Below are positions 7,342 through 15,924 of a stretch of DNA of 15,924 nucleotides, piece after piece. The translations under genes and the position numbers were made by a program. Origin of the DNA: Archangiaceae bacterium (GTDB lineage Bacteria > Myxococcota > Myxococcia > Myxococcales > Myxococcaceae); contig JAYVCD010000198.1 in assembly GCA_043750125.1 (NCBI GenBank), positions 1 to 15,924 of the forward strand. Reading direction: 5' to 3'. The notes under the pieces are model-generated. The model was not told where the DNA came from and made no database searches. It saw nothing but the letters and a program-made list of their open reading frames with translations. How positions within the stretch are numbered: position 1 is the first letter of the stretch; every line of letters begins with the position of its first letter.

Positions 7342-8834
7342 GCCGGCGATACCCACGCAGGTTGGTCTTGCAGGGCCTGGGCGGGCTGGCGATCGGGCTG
7401 CCGTTCCTCGAGTTCACGGGCCGCGCGTACGGCGCTCCGCCCGCGACTCCCAACCGGTTCATTACTTTCTTCGAGCACGGCGGCACGCTCACCAACTGCA
7501 CCGATGGCGTCTACGGCTACGCGGGCTTTACCGATGGCGTTTCGGAAATGCAGGGAATGGACGGCTGGCGTCCCACCAGCACTCCGGGCCAGCCGCTGGT
7601 GTTGGGAGCGATTCACAAGCCGCTCGCCGACGCCGGCCTCACCCCCGACGTAAACGTGCTGCGCGGCATCGACAACCACGCCGGCGACTTGCAGGGCGAC
7701 TACGGCAACGGCCACGGCATCTCGAACGTCACCATCCTCACCGCGGGAAAGGGCAAGCTCGCAGGCCAGAAGGACGACCTGTCGATCGCCTACAGTCCGT
7801 CGATCGATCAGGTGATCGGCGCCCGCTGGGGCCCGCCGGCCGGCGGACAAGCGGTCGTCAACCTGCTGATCGACGCGCACAACTACGGCTCGCCGTACTT
7901 CCGCGGGCCGAGCCAGCGCGCGTCGTCGTTCTCGAATCCACTCGACGCCTTCAACACCTTGCTGGCGGGGGTGACGACCGGCCCCGGTGGACCCAACCCG
8001 GCCGTGGTGCGCGCCCAATTAATTCGACGCAGCATTCTCGACGGCACCGGCAAGGGGCTCGAGCAGTACAAGAACCAGCTCACCTCACAGGACAAGCTGA
8101 CCGTGGAAGCGCACCTCGAGCACATCCGGGCGATCGAGCTGCGGCTGGCGGCGATCGTGCCCCCGCCCGCGCTCACCTGTTCCAAGCCCACGCTGGGGAC
8201 CTTCAACCCCAACAGCATTCCGAGCATTTCTCCGCTGATGGTGGACATCGGGTTGGCTGCGCTGCGGTGTGGGCGCACCCGGGTGCTGAACATCGAGATC
8301 GGCGACTTCCACATGACGTGGGATCCGACGGTTCTGCCGTTCGAAGTCGGTTACGACATCGGCCATTCGCTGCACCACATGGCGCGGGATCTCGGGACGA
8401 CGGGCTCATTGAACGTCCAGAACCCCGGCTGGAGAGGGCCGTGGCAGCAGGCGATGATCCGCAACCGCCAGTTCCGCGCAGGCCTGGTCGCCAAGTTGCT
8501 CAAGGGCCTGAAGGACACTCCCGAGACGGGCGGCAACATGCTCACCAACTCGCTGTTCATGTGGACCAGTGAGTTCAGCAACGGCTCGGTGCACAACGGC
8601 AGCGACATGCCGTTCTTGATCGCCGGTAAGGGCGGGAGCCCGACGATGCAGACCGGCCGGTACCTCAACTACAACACCAAGGCCGCGACCAACGACTTCA
8701 TCAACCAGTACTTGTCGAAGGCCACCACCAACAACCTCTACATCTCGCTGTTGAACGTGCTCGGGTTTACGGACACGACCTTCGGCGACATGGCGTACTC
8801 GAAAGTGCCCGGACCGCTCGCCGGCCTGGGCTGA
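7338..8834 (+). CDS. DUF1552 (HXXSHH-family) Tat-signal protein (498 aa)
   Basis: ATGA overlap with the upstream gene. N-terminus MSRRYPRRLVLQGLGGLAIGLPFLE (twin-Arg plus the family LPFLE). Family-like motifs SIDQVIG, RRSILD, DKLTVEAHLEHIRAIELRL, ALRCGRTRV, HSLHH and MLTNSLFMWTSEFSNGSVH...MPFLIAG. This is the usual partner of DUF1592 proteins. Confidence 0.9.
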   Translation: MSRRYPRRLVLQGLGGLAIGLPFLEFTGRAYGAPPATPNRFITFFEHGGTLTNCTDGVYGYAGFTDGVSEMQGMDGWRPTSTPGQPLVLGAIHKPLADAGLTPDVNVLRGIDNHAGDLQGDYGNGHGISNVTILTAGKGKLAGQKDDLSIAYSPSIDQVIGARWGPPAGGQAVVNLLIDAHNYGSPYFRGPSQRASSFSNPLDAFNTLLAGVTTGPGGPNPAVVRAQLIRRSILDGTGKGLEQYKNQLTSQDKLTVEAHLEHIRAIELRLAAIVPPPALTCSKPTLGTFNPNSIPSISPLMVDIGLAALRCGRTRVLNIEIGDFHMTWDPTVLPFEVGYDIGHSLHHMARDLGTTGSLNVQNPGWRGPWQQAMIRNRQFRAGLVAKLLKGLKDTPETGGNMLTNSLFMWTSEFSNGSVHNGSDMPFLIAGKGGSPTMQTGRYLNYNTKAATNDFINQYLSKATTNNLYISLLNVLGFTDTTFGDMAYSKVPGPLAGLG

Positions 8835-8857
8835 ATTCAGAACGCTTTTCAGGTTTT
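8825..8857 (+). terminator. Weak possible intrinsic terminator or hairpin after the cassette
   Basis: CTGAA (8831-8835) can pair with TTCAG (8848-8852), or CCTG (8825-8828) with CAGG (8850-8853), followed by TTTT. The stem is short and atypical. Confidence 0.2.
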
Positions 8858-8872
8858 CGGGGTCGCTTCGGC

Positions 8873-8878
8873 TACCGT
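8873..8878 (+). promoter_or_regulatory. Candidate -10 element (TACCGT) for leaderless thrB transcription
   Basis: A TANNNT hexamer ends 6 nt before the thrB ATG (8885). There is no SD-like purine run upstream and no convincing -35. Confidence 0.45.
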
Positions 8879-8884
8879 TGGCTG

Positions 8885-9829
8885 ATGTCCGCGTTCCCCA
8901 CCGCGACGGCGTTCGCTCCCGCGTCGATTGGCAATGTCGCCGTCGGCTTCGACATTCTTGGGCAGAGTCTGGCGGGCCCCGGCGATCGCGCGACGGTGCG
9001 GCTCACTTCCGACGGGCAGGTGCGGATTCTCGCCATCCGCGGGGTGGTCAAGAATCTTCCGCTCGATCCCCACCACAACACCGCCGGTCGCGCGCTGCTG
9101 GGACTGATTGCCTTGCGTCCCGGCATCGGCATCGGCTTCGAGGTCGAGCTCGACAAGGGCATTCCGCTTGGGTCGGGAATGGGAGGTTCGGCGGCCTCGG
9201 CCGTCGCCGCGCTGCTCGCCGCGAACGCGTTGCTCGAAGTCCCGCTGACGATCGACGCGTTGTACGAGCTCGCGATGGACGGAGAAGCCGCCGCGAGCGG
9301 AAGTCGCCATGGCGACAACGTGGCCCCAATGCTGCTGGGAGGGCTGGTGATCGCCCCCGCCGAAGGAATGCCGATTCGGATTCCGGTTCCCGAGAGCCTG
9401 TTTTGCACGCTGGTGCACCCGCACTTCGAGCTCGCCACCCGAACCGCCCGTGAAGCGCTGGCCGGCAGCTACGCGCTTCATGATTTCGTCAAACAGAGCG
9501 AAGCGCTGAGCCTGTTCCTCACCGGCTGTTTCACGAACGACCTTTCGCTGATTCGCCGGGGGCTGCGCGACACCCTGGTCGAGCCCCGACGGGCGGCCCT
9601 CATTCCGGGCTTCGCGGCCGTGAAGCAGGCGGCGCTCGACGCCAGAGCGCTCGGAGCCAGCATCTCGGGCGCAGGCCCCAGCGTGTTCGGGTGGTTCGAA
9701 AATCGGGGCGTGGCCGAGCAGGCGGGGAGCGCGATGTCGGAAGCCTTTGCGAAGGCCGGCCTGGCCTCGGACGTGTTCGTCTCTCCGGTGGCAGGCCCCG
9801 CGGCGAGGGTCGAATCATGCGATGCGTGA
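8885..9829 (+). CDS. thrB: Homoserine kinase (GHMP family)
   Basis: N-terminal APASIGNVAVGFDILG, GHMP loop KGIPLGSGMGGSAAS, HGDNVAP and ISGAGPSVF. It lies next to thrC. Confidence 0.97.
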   Translation: MSAFPTATAFAPASIGNVAVGFDILGQSLAGPGDRATVRLTSDGQVRILAIRGVVKNLPLDPHHNTAGRALLGLIALRPGIGIGFEVELDKGIPLGSGMGGSAASAVAALLAANALLEVPLTIDALYELAMDGEAAASGSRHGDNVAPMLLGGLVIAPAEGMPIRIPVPESLFCTLVHPHFELATRTAREALAGSYALHDFVKQSEALSLFLTGCFTNDLSLIRRGLRDTLVEPRRAALIPGFAAVKQAALDARALGASISGAGPSVFGWFENRGVAEQAGSAMSEAFAKAGLASDVFVSPVAGPAARVESCDA

Positions 9830-11049
9830 GCACCCGGACTCCCGGAATGGACGGCGTCGCACTGTCCGATGCGATGTCCCGGGGCCTGGCCCTGGACGGG
9901 GGGCTCTTCGTTCCCCAGACCCTTCCCGAAGTGGACCTTCTTCCGGGGCCGCTGGCGCAGATCGCCGCCGGAATTCTCTCCCCATACTTCGCGGACGAGC
10001 CGCTGGGGGCTCAGCTCGAGGAAATCTGCACCGCCGCTTTCAACTTCGAGGCGCCGCTGGTTCCGCTGGGGCCCGATTACCTGCTCGAGCTGTTTGCGGG
10101 TCCGACCGCGGCGTTCAAAGATTTTGGGGCGCGCTTCCTCGCCGAATGTCTCACCCGACTGGGCGCGCGGCAGACGATTCTGGTCGCCACTTCCGGAGAT
10201 ACAGGCGCCGCCGTCGCCGCTGCCTTCCACCGCCGGGCGGGAATCCGAATCGTGATCCTCTACCCGAAGGGGCGCGTCTCGGCGCGACAGGAACACCAGC
10301 TCGGAGCGTTCGGCGACAACGTCCACGCCTTCCGCGTCAACGGCACCTTCGACGACTGCCAACGCATGGTGAAGGCTGCTCTCGCCGATGCCCCGCTTCG
10401 CAACACCCTTCAGCTCGGCAGCGCGAACAGCATCAGCCTGGGCCGCCTTCTTCCCCAGATGGCCTATTTTGCCCACGCGGCGCTGCAGGTGCCGGGGGTG
10501 AACATCGTCGTCCCGACCGGAAATCTCGGCAACGCGCTGGCCTGTTTGATGGCGAAGAAGATGGGCCTGCCGATTGGCCGAATCGTCCTCGCCACCAACG
10601 CCAACCGCGTGCTGGCGGACTTCGTCAAGTCGGGCACCTACCAGGCGCGAACGTCGATCGTGACGTTGGCAAACGCGATGGACGTGGGCGCTCCAAGCAA
10701 CCTCGAGCGGCTGCGCTTCTGGAACTTCAAGCCTGAAGCCGACTGGGTCGACGATGAGACGATTCGTTCCACCATTCGCCGAACCTTCGAGCAGTTCCAG
10801 CAGATGATTTGCCCCCATACCGCTTGTGGGGTCGAGGTCCTGCGGCGGCTGCGGGCCGACAGCGCCAGCGGTCCGTGGATTGTGGCTGCCACCGCTCACC
10901 CGGCCAAGTTCGAGACGATCGTCGAGCCCCTGGTCGGTCGAACAGTTCCGGTGCCGCCGCCGCTGCTGCAGCTGCTCACCCGGCCGTCCAGCGCCGAGCC
11001 CCTGGCCCCCTCCGATTCGGCCCTGATCGCCCGCCTCGCCCGCTTGTAG
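9817..11049 (+). CDS. thrC: Threonine synthase (PLP-dependent, E. coli-like class; about 410 aa)
   Basis: The start MRCVSTR at ATG 9817 overlaps the thrB end by 13 nt. Motifs GLALDGGLFVP, GPTAAFKDFG (PLP Lys at 10117-10119), ATSGDTGAA, GTFDDCQ, SANSISLGR, VPTGNLGN and TAHPAKF. Confidence 0.97.
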   Translation: MRCVSTRTPGMDGVALSDAMSRGLALDGGLFVPQTLPEVDLLPGPLAQIAAGILSPYFADEPLGAQLEEICTAAFNFEAPLVPLGPDYLLELFAGPTAAFKDFGARFLAECLTRLGARQTILVATSGDTGAAVAAAFHRRAGIRIVILYPKGRVSARQEHQLGAFGDNVHAFRVNGTFDDCQRMVKAALADAPLRNTLQLGSANSISLGRLLPQMAYFAHAALQVPGVNIVVPTGNLGNALACLMAKKMGLPIGRIVLATNANRVLADFVKSGTYQARTSIVTLANAMDVGAPSNLERLRFWNFKPEADWVDDETIRSTIRRTFEQFQQMICPHTACGVEVLRRLRADSASGPWIVAATAHPAKFETIVEPLVGRTVPVPPPLLQLLTRPSSAEPLAPSDSALIARLARL

Positions 11050-11060
11050 AACCGACACGA

Positions 11061-11089
11061 TTGCCGAGCCTGACGCGGTGCATTATCTA
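11061..11089 (+). promoter_or_regulatory. Candidate sigma70-type promoter for gltBD
   Basis: TTGCCG (11061-11066), a 17-nt spacer and TATCTA (11084-11089) lie in the short thrC-gltB gap. The -10 lacks the final T. Confidence 0.3.
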
Positions 11090-11098
11090 GGGGCTCCC

Positions 11099-15640
<4,542 letters not shown>

Positions 15641-15645
15641 ACCCC

Positions 15646-15924
15646 ATGGGCAAACCCACCGGCTTCATCGACTGGCCCCGCACCGCGCCTTCGAAGCGCG
15701 ACAAGCACGCGCGCCTTTCCGACAGCCGCGAGTTCACTTCTCCGCTCGGACCTGAAGAGTCGACGAAGCAGGCCGGCCGCTGCATGGACTGCGGAGTGCC
15801 CACCTGCCACCAGGGTTGCCCGCTGGGAAACGTGATTCCCGACTTCAACGATCACGTCTTTCACGGCCGATGGCGCGCAGCGTGGGCCAGCCTGTCGAGC
15901 ACCAACAACTTTCCCGAGTTCACC
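15646..15924 (+). CDS. gltD: Glutamate synthase small subunit, 3'-truncated by the window edge
   Basis: Not in the ORF track; translated by hand as MGKPTGFIDWPR...QAGRCMDCGVPTCHQGCPLGNVIPDFNDHV...TNNFPEFT. This has the Fe-S Cys cluster and the NNFPEFT motif. It starts 5 nt after the gltB stop. Confidence 0.96.
   Translation, partial: MGKPTGFIDWPRTAPSKRDKHARLSDSREFTSPLGPEESTKQAGRCMDCGVPTCHQGCPLGNVIPDFNDHVFHGRWRAAWASLSSTNNFPEFT

Noticed and set aside
7298-8572. 424-aa alternative + frame ORF overlapping the DUF1552 gene
   Set aside because: It is an Arg/Gly/Pro-rich off-frame translation typical of GC-rich DNA; the family motifs are in the 7338 frame.
5584-8838. BamHI site before and EcoRI site after the cassette, suggesting an engineered insert
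   Set aside because: Both sites also occur inside the cassette (GAATTC 7034-7039, GGATCC 8321-8326), and there is no vector or tag sequence.
5441-8884. Target-site duplication or IS ends flanking the cassette (GCTGTATG versus GCTGATG)
   Set aside because: The match is too short and imperfect, with no terminal inverted repeats and no transposase.
9691-9816. ORF-track start for thrC at 9691
   Set aside because: It lies deep inside thrB. The family N-terminus M..VSTR begins at ATG 9817.

Overview
High-GC bacterial DNA carrying nine genes, all on the + strand. In order: the 3' part of an RND efflux permease, a TolC-family outer-membrane factor (GTGA-coupled to it), bifunctional aspartokinase/homoserine dehydrogenase thrA, a two-gene uncharacterised cassette, thrB, thrC, glutamate synthase gltB and the start of gltD. 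The cassette encodes a DUF1592/DUF1588-type lipoprotein with one CxxCH motif and an ATGA-coupled, Tat-signal DUF1552/HXXSHH-type protein. The cassette and gene style suggest a myxobacterium (inference). The main point of interest is that this cassette splits the normally contiguous thrA-thrB-thrC operon. It has a candidate sigma54-type promoter with upstream 14-bp direct repeats and a palindrome over the -12 element, and both proteins deviate from their family motifs as I recall them. thrB downstream looks leaderless, with its own -10. No RNA genes, CRISPR arrays or mobile-element genes were seen. Family assignments are from motif recognition, not database searches.
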